Positions 17,289-25,633 of a DNA stretch of 43,162 bases are shown here, piece by piece. Positions within the stretch are counted from its first letter, which is position 1. Each line of letters starts with the position of its first letter. The DNA is from a virus (taxonomy: Duplodnaviria > Caudoviricetes), in IMG/VR virus record IMGVR_UViG_3300023095_000001, positions 1-43,162 of that record; one strand, 5' to 3'. The notes beneath the pieces are model-generated. The model was given only the letters and a program-made list of their open reading frames with translations, was not told the DNA's origin and searched no databases. Both the position numbers and the translations under genes were made by a program.

Positions 17289-17992
17289 CAGAATAATAGT
17301 TTTTTAGGATCATTATTTGATTCTGTCGCCTTTTGCTGATTTCGTTTGTTCATCCAATTAACAAAATGGCTTTTGTAATCTTTCAACGTGGTTTTGTTTT
17401 CAGACTGTGATATTAAATGCAAATTGAAATTTTTTAAAGCTATTTCGGTTTTGCCTTTCAGAACCACTTTTTGCATTTCGATTGTTTCGATCCACGTTGG
17501 TTGATCCAAGCATTGTTTTGAATACGAATTATGTTTAATAACCAAAGGGTCGTTGTTGTCTATTTTAATTATCTCTTCTTCTTTTATCTTATCTTCTCTT
17601 ATGGCATCGTTTTCGCTTTGCGACTTTAATGCGGTCGCATTGCGTTCGCTTAAATCCTTTTGTTTACGGCGTTTTTCCCAACCTTCTTTTGCGTTTTTGC
17701 TGTTTTTTTTACTTACATCACCAAATTCTTCGAGTTGTTCTGAGAGAAATTTAATAAAGATATTGCCGTCAATTACTTCAATTATCTTTTCCTCGCAAAG
17801 CGAATCATATGCGGTCGCATTGCCAGCGCATAACTTTTGTATCGCTAACTTTAAAGGCAAATCCCCAAGCCTTGACCAATACATTGAACAGGTGTCTATA
17901 AACAAACCCTTATCATCGCGGCTGCACATTTGTATGTTTCCGTTTTCCCATTGGTTAGGTTCAAATTTAAAATATGGAAGTTCTTTAGCCAT
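17288..17992 (-). CDS. phage replication initiator (YdaU/DUF1376-like N-terminus)
   Basis: LPYFKFEP..W, KGLFI...YW, KNAKEGWEKR, C-terminal YKSHFVNW; contains internal iteron-like repeats. Confidence 0.75.
   Translation of the reverse strand: MAKELPYFKFEPNQWENGNIQMCSRDDKGLFIDTCSMYWSRLGDLPLKLAIQKLCAGNATAYDSLCEEKIIEVIDGNIFIKFLSEQLEEFGDVSKKNSKNAKEGWEKRRKQKDLSERNATALKSQSENDAIREDKIKEEEIIKIDNNDPLVIKHNSYSKQCLDQPTWIETIEMQKVVLKGKTEIALKNFNLHLISQSENKTTLKDYKSHFVNWMNKRNQQKATESNNDPKKLLF
17613..17823. repeat. two 31-bp palindromic iteron-like units (putative replication origin)
   Basis: TCGC(TTT/AAA)GCGA-N5-ATGCGGTCGCATTGC at 17613-17643 and 17793-17823. Confidence 0.65.
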
Positions 17993-17993
17993 T

Positions 17994-18671
17994 TTACAAT
18001 TTGATTATATTTGAACCTCTTTTTTTGTAATTTATAATATTCTCGAAAGCAGTAATATAATCAGATGAATTTGCAAATCTAGGAACTTTTAAAATATTGT
18101 TTCTTATTATGTTCAGTTGCGCTGGGTTAGCTTTTTTATAAAGAATGATTATAGCCCTTATAAAATCCTTTGTTTTATAGAAAGGCAATTTCTCTAAAGA
18201 AAGTATGTATTCAGCAATTAAATCTGAATCATTTTGAACGTCAAAAATTTTCCCTTTACGGATGTCAGATGATTTTATTTTTCCTTGTATGGTTAAATTT
18301 ATGGTACTTGTAATACCAAACTTATATTTTTCTTCAAACTTTAATAATTTCCTGTAACAGTCCACGCCCTGATCCGCAAAACTTTTTATGTAGTCAATTA
18401 ATTGCCATTGAGCCTGACTTGAATTTAAAGCCATTGTTTTAGCGATTATATCACCTTCTATTACTTCATACTGAACCGGAAGATTTAAAACCTTTAAAGC
18501 CTCTAATCTATGCTGGCCATCAACAACATTGAAATCTTTATCAACCAAAACTGGCCGACCTGGGATAACTCCCCATTCCTTAATAGATGCAATTATTTTT
18601 TTAACGACAGAATCTTTAACTTCTCTATTACTTGAAAGTAATTTAAATTTTGAATAATCTTTAGTTTCCAT
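17994..18671 (-). CDS. ParB/Srx N-terminal domain protein
   Basis: TKDYSKFK...NR, PVLVD...VVDGQHRLEA. Confidence 0.85.
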   Translation of the reverse strand: METKDYSKFKLLSSNREVKDSVVKKIIASIKEWGVIPGRPVLVDKDFNVVDGQHRLEALKVLNLPVQYEVIEGDIIAKTMALNSSQAQWQLIDYIKSFADQGVDCYRKLLKFEEKYKFGITSTINLTIQGKIKSSDIRKGKIFDVQNDSDLIAEYILSLEKLPFYKTKDFIRAIIILYKKANPAQLNIIRNNILKVPRFANSSDYITAFENIINYKKRGSNIIKL

Positions 18672-18684
18672 AATATTTTAAAAT

Positions 18685-18785
18685 AAAAAATCCCATCAGT
18701 TTGGAAGTGGAGTTCCGCCCTGATAGGATGATAAAAAATGTCTTTAATGTATCGATGCTCCACCAACAATACTGACGCAAATATA
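18685..18785 (-). promoter_or_regulatory. leader A: promoter, hairpin and terminator with complementary loops (GUGGAG/CUCCAC)
   Basis: TATATTTG at 18778-18785; hairpin 18749-18772; terminator stem 18690-18729 with U-tract. Confidence 0.7.
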
Positions 18786-18806
18786 GTAAACGTTTTAATA
18801 AGTAAC

Positions 18807-18844
18807 AAAAAAAGCCGGAGAAATTTCTACAAAACTCCGGCTTT
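18807..18844 (-). terminator. intrinsic terminator
   Basis: AAAGCCGGAG/CTCCGGCTTT stem followed by a T run. Confidence 0.8.
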
Positions 18845-18861
18845 CACCAAACCAAAATCAA

Positions 18862-19218
18862 TTATGAAGTTGGAAAGGTAGGGAAAAAACAAACACAACC
18901 TACCGAAACATTATTGCAAGTTACTTTATCCTGCGATGAGGTATGCGACTTATTTAATTCACTAATAACTTTTCCGTACATTTCGTTAAAATCGGCATAC
19001 TTTTTCAAGTCTGGGAACACTTTAAGATAATGCACGATTAAAGAATGATCTTTGTTTACTTCCTGTCCGATTTCAAACAATGAAGTTGATACCCTTTTCC
19101 TAGCAATAGCGGCATAAATTATTCTAGCGTAAACAATGTTCCTGGCGCGGCTTTTAACGCTTATGTTGGCTCCTAAAGCGATGTTTGTTGCTTCTCGGAT
19201 TTGTGATAGGGTTGTCAT
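18862..19218 (-). CDS. DnaA C-terminal-like (TrpR-type HTH) DNA-binding protein
   Basis: SRARNIVYAR...SLFEIGQEVNKDHSLIVH. Confidence 0.7.
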   Translation of the reverse strand: MTTLSQIREATNIALGANISVKSRARNIVYARIIYAAIARKRVSTSLFEIGQEVNKDHSLIVHYLKVFPDLKKYADFNEMYGKVISELNKSHTSSQDKVTCNNVSVGCVCFFPTFPTS

Positions 19219-19841
19219 TAGAATTGTTTGTTTTTATTAATTCTCTCAATATACTCATTCTTAATAACAACCGCCTCTGCAATCCTGGTGTTCATCAGGT
19301 CAATAATATCCTGATCTCTTTTAACGACAATAGAATGCCAATACTCTTTTCCTTCGTGAACCATGTAATTAAAAAAATAGCATTGTTCAGTTTTGGTATC
19401 ATCCATCTGCTTCTGCATCTGAAAATTATACTTTGGATCTATTTTGCCGTCAGCTACCAATTTAAAAAAAGTGTTTGGTTTTGGGCATTTTATTTCTAAA
19501 GTGGAATTGTTTGAGCAAATAGCATCTGGCGAAGATCCGCTTTCCTTGTCTTTGCTTTTAAAGAAACCGCAGCATTCAGCTGTCACAAATTCCTCAGCCA
19601 TAAGTTCGGAGAATTTATTAAAGGCCAGCGGTTCTAAATCTATGCCTCGCTGCATATCAAAAGAAACATAATCGTCTTCGGAAAAATCACCCTCTAATTG
19701 CTCAACGGCTTTTTCAAAAGCGTAAGTGTTGCCTGTTTCTCCAAGCCCTTTAATACCCATAAGTTTATGGATTTCGCTTGCTGTAAAACGCCCAAGTCTT
19801 TGAGCGCTCCAATCATCGGTTCTTTGTAGATTATTTTCCAT
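19218..19841 (-). CDS. YqaJ/lambda-type recombination exonuclease
   Basis: W...RLGRFTASEI, MQRGIDLEP, SSPD, LEIKCP, Y.FQMQ.QM. Confidence 0.9.
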   Translation of the reverse strand: MENNLQRTDDWSAQRLGRFTASEIHKLMGIKGLGETGNTYAFEKAVEQLEGDFSEDDYVSFDMQRGIDLEPLAFNKFSELMAEEFVTAECCGFFKSKDKESGSSPDAICSNNSTLEIKCPKPNTFFKLVADGKIDPKYNFQMQKQMDDTKTEQCYFFNYMVHEGKEYWHSIVVKRDQDIIDLMNTRIAEAVVIKNEYIERINKNKQF

Positions 19842-20349
19842 CGTAAGCTAAGTATTTTGTTTCTATTTCCGGTGTTACCTGATAATTTTTTTTGACGCTT
19901 TCAATTGTCGCCTTTGCATCAAAAGCCTTTTTAAACATTGATTCGTTAAAATCAGGTTTGGTCTTTTTTTCTGCTGGCTGAATTGGTTTTATCCGAACCC
20001 CATCAGTTATGGCGCCCATCATTTTAACATTGTGGTCAACGTAAAGTTCAATTCGAATTCCTTTCCAATTTTCAATGATGTGGCACTCTTTTCCCTCTAA
20101 TCCGTTTTTCTTAGCAAACCCAGATAGAATTTTGTTATTCGTTGAGTTAAGTTTTAAAGGCTTAATTGCTTCTAAGAAATAACAAAATATTCCGTCCATT
20201 TTTGTACCGGAAACATCCACTCCTGTTTCGTATTTTACATCCTTTATTGTGAAAATCAAAGGAATTCCATCCGTTTCCATAGCATCCAAATCGGCAGATG
20301 CTAAATGTGTGCTTTTTCTGTACTTTCTCCAATCTGTTTGTTCACTCAT
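19831..20349 (-). CDS. probable single-strand annealing / ssDNA-binding partner of the exonuclease
   Basis: Overlaps the exonuclease gene; WRK...HLASADL, LNSTN, IENWKG..IELY. Confidence 0.5.
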   Translation of the reverse strand: MSEQTDWRKYRKSTHLASADLDAMETDGIPLIFTIKDVKYETGVDVSGTKMDGIFCYFLEAIKPLKLNSTNNKILSGFAKKNGLEGKECHIIENWKGIRIELYVDHNVKMMGAITDGVRIKPIQPAEKKTKPDFNESMFKKAFDAKATIESVKKNYQVTPEIETKYLAYDGK

Positions 20350-20630
20350 GACATTGAATATTTAGGTGTTTCACAATCCGGATTAGCACATACAGTCACT
20401 CCAAGCGCATTGACCATGCTATGCAAGTGCTTGCAAGGCTCTACAATCTCAAACTCCATATCCGAAATTGGATTTAAGTAATTAGGATCGTTTACACGAA
20501 TCTTTAATGCTTTCTTGTCTGCAAGTATCGAAAGTTCTTTTAGATCGTTCTGAGCCTCTTTTAAGGCGTTTTCCAAAGCCGCTATTCTTTGCGCCTGGTA
20601 AAGTTCTAATTGGGTTGGTTCGTTTTTCAT
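20346..20630 (-). CDS. hypothetical protein
   Basis: 94 aa coiled coil with a C-terminal Cys/His cluster; ATGA overlaps. Confidence 0.7.
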   Translation of the reverse strand: MKNEPTQLELYQAQRIAALENALKEAQNDLKELSILADKKALKIRVNDPNYLNPISDMEFEIVEPCKHLHSMVNALGVTVCANPDCETPKYSMS

Positions 20631-20848
20631 AATGATTGTGTTTTTTCTCTTTCGGTTAACATCGCATCGGCGAATTGATAGGATTTTATAGACAATTGTT
20701 TTAAATTGTCTTCTCCATTGCTTTTTTGAACGTCTGAAGATAAAATTCCCTGTAACGCTTTCGCAGCGAAATAATCTCTTAAAGTCATTCCTGTATGATA
20801 CGCGTTGCCTATGTTAATTGGAAACGCTAATTCTTTTTTGTTTTTCAT
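20627..20848 (-). CDS. conserved small phage protein (GMTLRDYFAAKALQG family)
   Basis: Recognisable widespread phage motif. Confidence 0.8.
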   Translation of the reverse strand: MKNKKELAFPINIGNAYHTGMTLRDYFAAKALQGILSSDVQKSNGEDNLKQLSIKSYQFADAMLTEREKTQSL

Positions 20849-21099
20849 AATTTAATTTGTTTTACAATTCTACTTAATAATGTTTTCCATCCGAGTTCGT
20901 TATTCATCCCTTCAATGGTTTTTTTGAGTTCGGATAAGGCTTTACGGTTGCGTTCGTTCTGAGCGTGCAATTCTTCTAAATACCAATCCATTTCTTCACT
21001 TTCAATTCGCTGGTTGTCCTCTTTAAGATTTTCCCAAGCTTCGTGAATATTGGCGGCTTTGAATTGCTCCGGGTCTGGTGTTAAGGTTGGGTCTGGCAT
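20845..21099 (-). CDS. hypothetical protein
   Basis: 84 aa, packed in operon. Confidence 0.65.
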   Translation of the reverse strand: MPDPTLTPDPEQFKAANIHEAWENLKEDNQRIESEEMDWYLEELHAQNERNRKALSELKKTIEGMNNELGWKTLLSRIVKQIKL

Positions 21100-21101
21100 G
21101 G

Positions 21102-21536
21102 TTACACAAATTGAAGTTTTTTAACAGGCTTGTCATTTTCCGTTTCAAACAATGATGTGAAATCCATAATTTTTGGAATGTTATCAAGTTCGCAGAGGTA
21201 TTTTACTACAGCGCAAAGACCTTTGAATTGCTTGTCCTTGTTTTTACCGTCACGGAATCCGTCAAAAGAAGCTAGAAATATTTCTTCTATAGTAAACAAT
21301 TCTTTCGTCGAATAGCCTGTTTGCGAAATTAATTTTTCTCCATCCTGAATGTTCCCAAACTCTTTTGATGCGCCAGGAGTAACAACAACTGCCCATGAAG
21401 TGTTATTATTACAGATATTACCTACCGCACAAGCCTCACAGTTCCATGCATTCAACCTATTCCCGTGAAAAGCATTATACAATTTGCTAACTGCTTCTGT
21501 AAATCTTTTCGGTAATTCTTGTTGTAGTGTATTCAT
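21102..21536 (-). CDS. conserved Flavobacteriaceae-type hypothetical protein
   Basis: RFTEAVSKLYNAFH..L...CEACAVGNIC, TGYS..EL..IE, GLCAVV.YLCELD. Confidence 0.75.
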   Translation of the reverse strand: MNTLQQELPKRFTEAVSKLYNAFHGNRLNAWNCEACAVGNICNNNTSWAVVVTPGASKEFGNIQDGEKLISQTGYSTKELFTIEEIFLASFDGFRDGKNKDKQFKGLCAVVKYLCELDNIPKIMDFTSLFETENDKPVKKLQFV

Positions 21537-21540
21537 AACT

Positions 21541-21789
21541 CTATTTTTTTAATGCTTCCTTTTCGCAAGCGGTTAGATTGGTTTGTTGAATGTTTTTGAT
21601 TAGCTTATTCCCGTGCTCCACTAAAAAAGCTTTCAGGTCGTTGTAGTTCTTTTCTGTGAAGTTGTTTCGGGCAATATCAGCTTTGCAGTTCCTAAATGTT
21701 CCGTAAGAAATAAACATTGCTTTTGCAGCGTCTTGATCGGATATTTTAGCGTCTTGGATTAATTGGATAATGTGGTCTTTGTAGTTCAT
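21541..21789 (-). CDS. probable HTH DNA-binding protein
   Basis: ISDQDAAKAMFISYGTFRN. Confidence 0.55.
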   Translation of the reverse strand: MNYKDHIIQLIQDAKISDQDAAKAMFISYGTFRNCKADIARNNFTEKNYNDLKAFLVEHGNKLIKNIQQTNLTACEKEALKK

Positions 21790-21827
21790 AAATATAGCGC
21801 GTTACAGCCGCGCCCCTGATTTGTTTG

Positions 21828-22022
21828 TTATTTTTTAATTTCAAAAATTATTTCAAACTTTGAATACTTGAATATTTTGTTTAACGTTTTAATCCTTTCA
21901 ATAGCTTGCGAATACTTTTCGCATCTAATGCTGTCTAATTTTTTACGGTTCATTAACACCTTGAAGATTAAATTTCCTTCAATAGTTTCGTTTGAATTTT
22001 CTTTTACAATGATCGTTTGCAT
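21828..22022 (-). CDS. hypothetical early protein
   Basis: First ORF after a canonical promoter. Confidence 0.6.
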   Translation of the reverse strand: MQTIIVKENSNETIEGNLIFKVLMNRKKLDSIRCEKYSQAIERIKTLNKIFKYSKFEIIFEIKK

Positions 22023-22055
22023 TTTATTTTATTTTAAGTTATTGTTATCTGAGTT

Positions 22056-22087
22056 CAAATATACATTACAAATCTGTCATGTACAAA
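22056..22087 (-). promoter_or_regulatory. canonical Bacteroidota sigma-70 promoter
   Basis: TTTG-N20-TATATTTG. Confidence 0.8.
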
Positions 22088-22117
22088 CAATTCACAAACT
22101 TTAACATTTTAAGTAAG

Positions 22118-22143
22118 AAAATCCACCGATTAAAGTGGATTTT
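22118..22143 (-). terminator. intrinsic terminator (possibly bidirectional)
   Basis: AAAATCCAC/GTGGATTTT. Confidence 0.7.
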
Positions 22144-22149
22144 GTGAGG

Positions 22150-22401
22150 TTATTCTGTTAGTCCGTAGAACTCATTATTTCCGCAATTGGGACAAACGGA
22201 TTCGTACATTAGGTATTCCGGATCGGTTCGTTTTTGCCCCCTTTCAGAATCCAATCCCTTCCACTTACATTTACGCTTTGTACATTCGTAGCGTTTCGGT
22301 TCCTCTCCGAATTTCGTGTATTTTGACTTCTTTTTACGGTATTCGTGAGTAATCGCCTTTCCGTTTTCATCTTTTCCGAGTAATAATATTTTCCCTGCCA
22401 T
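22150..22401 (-). CDS. zinc-ribbon protein
   Basis: CTKRKC...CPNCG. Confidence 0.7.
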   Translation of the reverse strand: MAGKILLLGKDENGKAITHEYRKKKSKYTKFGEEPKRYECTKRKCKWKGLDSERGQKRTDPEYLMYESVCPNCGNNEFYGLTE

Positions 22402-22425
22402 AATATCAAAATCTAATTAAGTTAA

Positions 22426-22782
22426 TTATTTAGCTGCCAAAATTCCACCCGTAAAAGCCGCCAAAGCTATTGCGACAATTTTCCAAAAAGGGCTTGGTTT
22501 TTTTTCTTTTAAAACAGCAACGTCAATTTTAAGTCCGCATTCGATGTCTTTTTGCTTAATTACAAAATTGATCGTTTTCTCATTATCAGCAATAACGTCT
22601 TTCAATCGTTTATCCTGGTTCTCAACAATTACAACGCAACTGTCAGCGGCTTTTATTAAATTGGATATTTGCTGCTTTTGGGATTTGTCGGTGTAGTACA
22701 TTTCAATCAATCGCTCTGTAGTTGGCGGTTGTACTTGTGATAGCGCCGGGATTGTGAATAGGAGTAGGAGTAGTTTTTTCAT
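22426..22782 (-). CDS. exported coiled-coil protein with C-terminal TM helix (spanin-like)
   Basis: Signal peptide MKKLLLLLFTIPALS-Q; C-terminal WKIVAIALAAFTGGIL. Confidence 0.6.
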   Translation of the reverse strand: MKKLLLLLFTIPALSQVQPPTTERLIEMYYTDKSQKQQISNLIKAADSCVVIVENQDKRLKDVIADNEKTINFVIKQKDIECGLKIDVAVLKEKKPSPFWKIVAIALAAFTGGILAAK

Positions 22783-23186
22783 AAGTCAATTATATTTAAT
22801 TCTTTTCCGGTTAATGCGAAGTAGAGGTTTTGTAATTGGTGTACGTGTTTGCATTCTTTGAAATAACTTGGCTCTAAAGCTTCATCGCCAAAAGTAGACG
22901 TTACAAATGTTTTAGAGTTTATGTGTATTGTTAAAATTTCTTTATTAATTGACGGCATTACTGTCATTCTGTGCCAACCGTTTTCATCCTGATGAAAACC
23001 AAAATTAATCAACCATTCTTCAGTCAAAGGAATGTATTCAGTAAACCAACCACTTTTTAACGGAAACATAGACCTATCAATAACATAAGTCGTTAAATCT
23101 TTTTCAGACACTTCAATAACCTTAAGTAAAGTTTTAGAAACGCCGTCTTGAAGTAAATTTCCTAATCTAAATTGTGTATATTCCAT
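22779..23186 (-). CDS. conserved Bacteroidota phage protein (start probably MEYTQF)
   Basis: FRLGN, IPLTEEWL..FGF, HVHQLQNLYFALTG.EL. Confidence 0.75.
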   Translation of the reverse strand: MEYTQFRLGNLLQDGVSKTLLKVIEVSEKDLTTYVIDRSMFPLKSGWFTEYIPLTEEWLINFGFHQDENGWHRMTVMPSINKEILTIHINSKTFVTSTFGDEALEPSYFKECKHVHQLQNLYFALTGKELNIIDL

Positions 23187-23188
23187 AA

Positions 23189-23545
23189 CTACTCTCCTTT
23201 CTTTAACCAACGTTGAAAATCCTCACTATAAATAACCGAATCAGAAACTTCGATCACGGGTTTAATCTTAGCCGATTTAACTGCCTTTTTAACGACTTTC
23301 ACATCAGATTCGCTGCTTTGTATAGCTGATGTGTTTTTGGTCAAGTTATCGGCTGTTTTTTGACTGATTGTTTCCTTTACGATTTGAATTTCGGCTTCTT
23401 TGGTTTGGATTGCCTTTGCGTCCCTTACCGCCTTATCAGATTTGTAAATGTAAACCGATAATCCGATAATGCAAAGTATGCAAAATATAAGTCCGATTCG
23501 CTCCCAATTTTTTCTTGGTAATTTGTCTTTTGTTTTGAATTCCAT
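23189..23545 (-). CDS. N-terminal TM plus coiled-coil protein (i-spanin-like)
   Basis: IGLIFCILCIIGLSVYIY followed by a helical domain. Confidence 0.6.
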   Translation of the reverse strand: MEFKTKDKLPRKNWERIGLIFCILCIIGLSVYIYKSDKAVRDAKAIQTKEAEIQIVKETISQKTADNLTKNTSAIQSSESDVKVVKKAVKSAKIKPVIEVSDSVIYSEDFQRWLKKGE

Positions 23546-23548
23546 AGT

Positions 23549-23788
23549 TTAATTATGTTTTGATTTTATATAGTTTACTACCAATTTCATTGTGTTTAAA
23601 ATTGCCCTGATTAACGTTCCAATGGCCAATCCTGCAATTGCCTGAACTGATAAATCACAATTCTTTTCAGCCTGTGAAATAGCTATCATATTCCATCCGA
23701 AATAAGTATTGTAGGAAACAAACCATATAGCTAGTATTAAGCAGATAACTTCAACTGTTTTAATCTGTGTTAGAATAATGCTCTTCAT
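23549..23788 (-). CDS. small 2-TM membrane protein
   Basis: Two hydrophobic segments. Confidence 0.65.
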   Translation of the reverse strand: MKSIILTQIKTVEVICLILAIWFVSYNTYFGWNMIAISQAEKNCDLSVQAIAGLAIGTLIRAILNTMKLVVNYIKSKHN

Positions 23789-23808
23789 TTTTTTTAAGTG
23801 TTAAATTA

Positions 23809-23875
23809 ACCCCGTCCATCAACTCTTGAAATTACCACATTTCGACCGTTATTAAGGTTAAATCGTGGACGGGGT
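23809..23875. repeat. 10-bp GC-rich inverted repeat enclosing two small hairpins
   Basis: accccgtcca (23809-23818) / tggacggggt (23866-23875). Confidence 0.8.
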
Positions 23876-23883
23876 GTTTTGGT

Positions 23884-24252
23884 TTAGTTTAAATCTGGCC
23901 ACTGCACCTCAAAAGGCATTTGGTCAATTATTTTTTTAGAAATAGTTGTGTTCAAAAGCAAATTCTTTAACTGAATGAATGTGATTTCTGAATTAGTGAA
24001 AAATATTGATTTTGAACCAGGACGCTTATCCTTGCAACTTCCTTCAATAGCGCAAATAACATATCCTGCGAAACTGTAAAATTTTACTGTTCCATTTGAT
24101 AACCCTTCAAAATCAATACGATGCGGTAACCTTTCAGGATTGAATGGAAAATCTCCAAAACTTTTATGATTCTTATGCATAACATTTTGTCCAAGCTCAA
24201 AAAAATAATGTCCTGCTGAATCTAAATCAGTTCCAAAATAAAATAACTTCAT
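23884..24252 (-). CDS. hypothetical protein
   Basis: 122 aa; YFG...AGHY, DKRPGSKSIF motifs. Confidence 0.75.
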   Translation of the reverse strand: MKLFYFGTDLDSAGHYFFELGQNVMHKNHKSFGDFPFNPERLPHRIDFEGLSNGTVKFYSFAGYVICAIEGSCKDKRPGSKSIFFTNSEITFIQLKNLLLNTTISKKIIDQMPFEVQWPDLN

Positions 24253-24256
24253 AGCG

Positions 24257-24562
24257 TTACTGTTTAGAATTTATAAGATCGATCTGAGCGACTATTAAAG
24301 CTCCTGCCTTTGCAAGTTCTTTAATTCTATTTTCTGGTGTTGGCTTCCAATAAGCATATTGCCATGGCCAAAGTTTTTCGTTAATTATTTTGCCAGCTCT
24401 ATAAAAAAGAAATTCATTTCTAATAGAATTCGGCAGGGCGTAGCAAATAGCAGCACGTGCCAGCTCTTCTTTTTTGTAACCCGAATCGTGATTTTGATCA
24501 TAACCTTCACCTACAATTTGCCTGGCTCTTTCTTCTGAAATTAATTCAATTCCTGTCTTCAT
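24257..24562 (-). CDS. conserved phage protein (start probably MKTGIELI)
   Basis: IELISEERARQ, ELARAA.CYA, WPW...WKP, ELAKAGALI.A.ID. Confidence 0.8.
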   Translation of the reverse strand: MKTGIELISEERARQIVGEGYDQNHDSGYKKEELARAAICYALPNSIRNEFLFYRAGKIINEKLWPWQYAYWKPTPENRIKELAKAGALIVAQIDLINSKQ

Positions 24563-24656
24563 AATCTTTAAATTTAATTGGTTAATACTTTTTATTTTAG
24601 TTAACATTAAAAATTTATGTGTTAACTGAATTGGTTTTTGTTTACTTAACGGGCGG

Positions 24657-25007
24657 TTAGTGTAGGGTTATTGGCAATGAATTTATTTTTTCCGTGGTAA
24701 CAAAATCAACAAAACCGAAACCTTGAATATCTGCCGTTTCTCTAAACAACAATTGTTTTGCTCGATCTTTTTTGATTTGTTCGATAACAGCGTCTTTGGT
24801 GTAAAGGAAGCTATTCTTTGAGTTATCGAAGATTTTACCTTCAATGACTTTTTTGAAAGACAAAACAAACTGTTCGCCGTTAGAATCATTAATTACCATT
24901 GTTTCAATGTGAGTTTCTAAGCCCATCATATTGAAAAATCTTAACGATGCCTCACACATCATTTCCGTAAACTGTTTAAGAGACTGTTCTTTTTCCTCTG
25001 CTGTCAT
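24657..25007 (-). CDS. hypothetical protein, paralog of 14991..15329
   Basis: Shared motifs with the paralog. Confidence 0.8.
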   Translation of the reverse strand: MTAEEKEQSLKQFTEMMCEASLRFFNMMGLETHIETMVINDSNGEQFVLSFKKVIEGKIFDNSKNSFLYTKDAVIEQIKKDRAKQLLFRETADIQGFGFVDFVTTEKINSLPITLH

Positions 25008-25038
25008 ATCTATTTAATTTTACTCTTTTTGGGAGTGG

Positions 25039-25302
25039 TTAATATATTGGAACTGGTCGAAAGCTTTTATTAAAAGCATAAATTACCGCATCCCTTACTC
25101 GTTTTGTTTGCTTTGATTTTTTCTGCTGAATGAGTTCAAATTCTTTCACGATATCAATTCCTTTTAATATATCTTGACTTTTCGCACTTGAACCCATATA
25201 TCCCATTGCAGCAAATCCTGCCAACATTAGAGCCATTCTGCCCGTCTTTGACACAACCTGGTTTCGTGGAATTTCCTCGTACTCTATTCCGTTAATTTCC
25301 AT
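25039..25302 (-). CDS. hypothetical protein
   Basis: 87 aa; DIVKEFELIQQKKS. Confidence 0.7.
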   Translation of the reverse strand: MEINGIEYEEIPRNQVVSKTGRMALMLAGFAAMGYMGSSAKSQDILKGIDIVKEFELIQQKKSKQTKRVRDAVIYAFNKSFRPVPIY

Positions 25303-25381
25303 AACTACAATTTTAAAGTTGATTTTTCTATGTACTCCGATTCCGTTCCTAAATAGTGGTGTAATACCGTTTTTGATTGTT

Positions 25382-25630
25382 TCATTGCTTCATTTTTCTA
25401 ATTCTGTCAAACAACTCTTTTATTTGGTTTTCTCCATCAACACTCCATGACGTTGTTTTTAAAACAAAATATCCGTCACCGTCGTTATCAATTCCTAAAG
25501 AGCTATTAAACTCAATTTCAATTATCTCAATGTCGTTTTCAGAATCATTACAATTTGGTTCCTGAGAAAACTCAAAACTACACTTTACAAGTTTTGGTTT
25601 TTCATCGGTGTTTTCTTCTTGTGTGTTCAT
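25382..25630 (-). CDS. hypothetical acidic protein
   Basis: 82 aa; GYFVLKT..WS.D. Confidence 0.7.
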   Translation of the reverse strand: MNTQEENTDEKPKLVKCSFEFSQEPNCNDSENDIEIIEIEFNSSLGIDNDGDGYFVLKTTSWSVDGENQIKELFDRIRKMKQ

Positions 25631-25633
25631 TGC

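Noticed and set aside
17994-18671. ParABS plasmid-prophage partition system
   Set aside because: Only a ParB N-terminal-like domain is present, with no ParA or parS array; such stand-alone domains are common in phages
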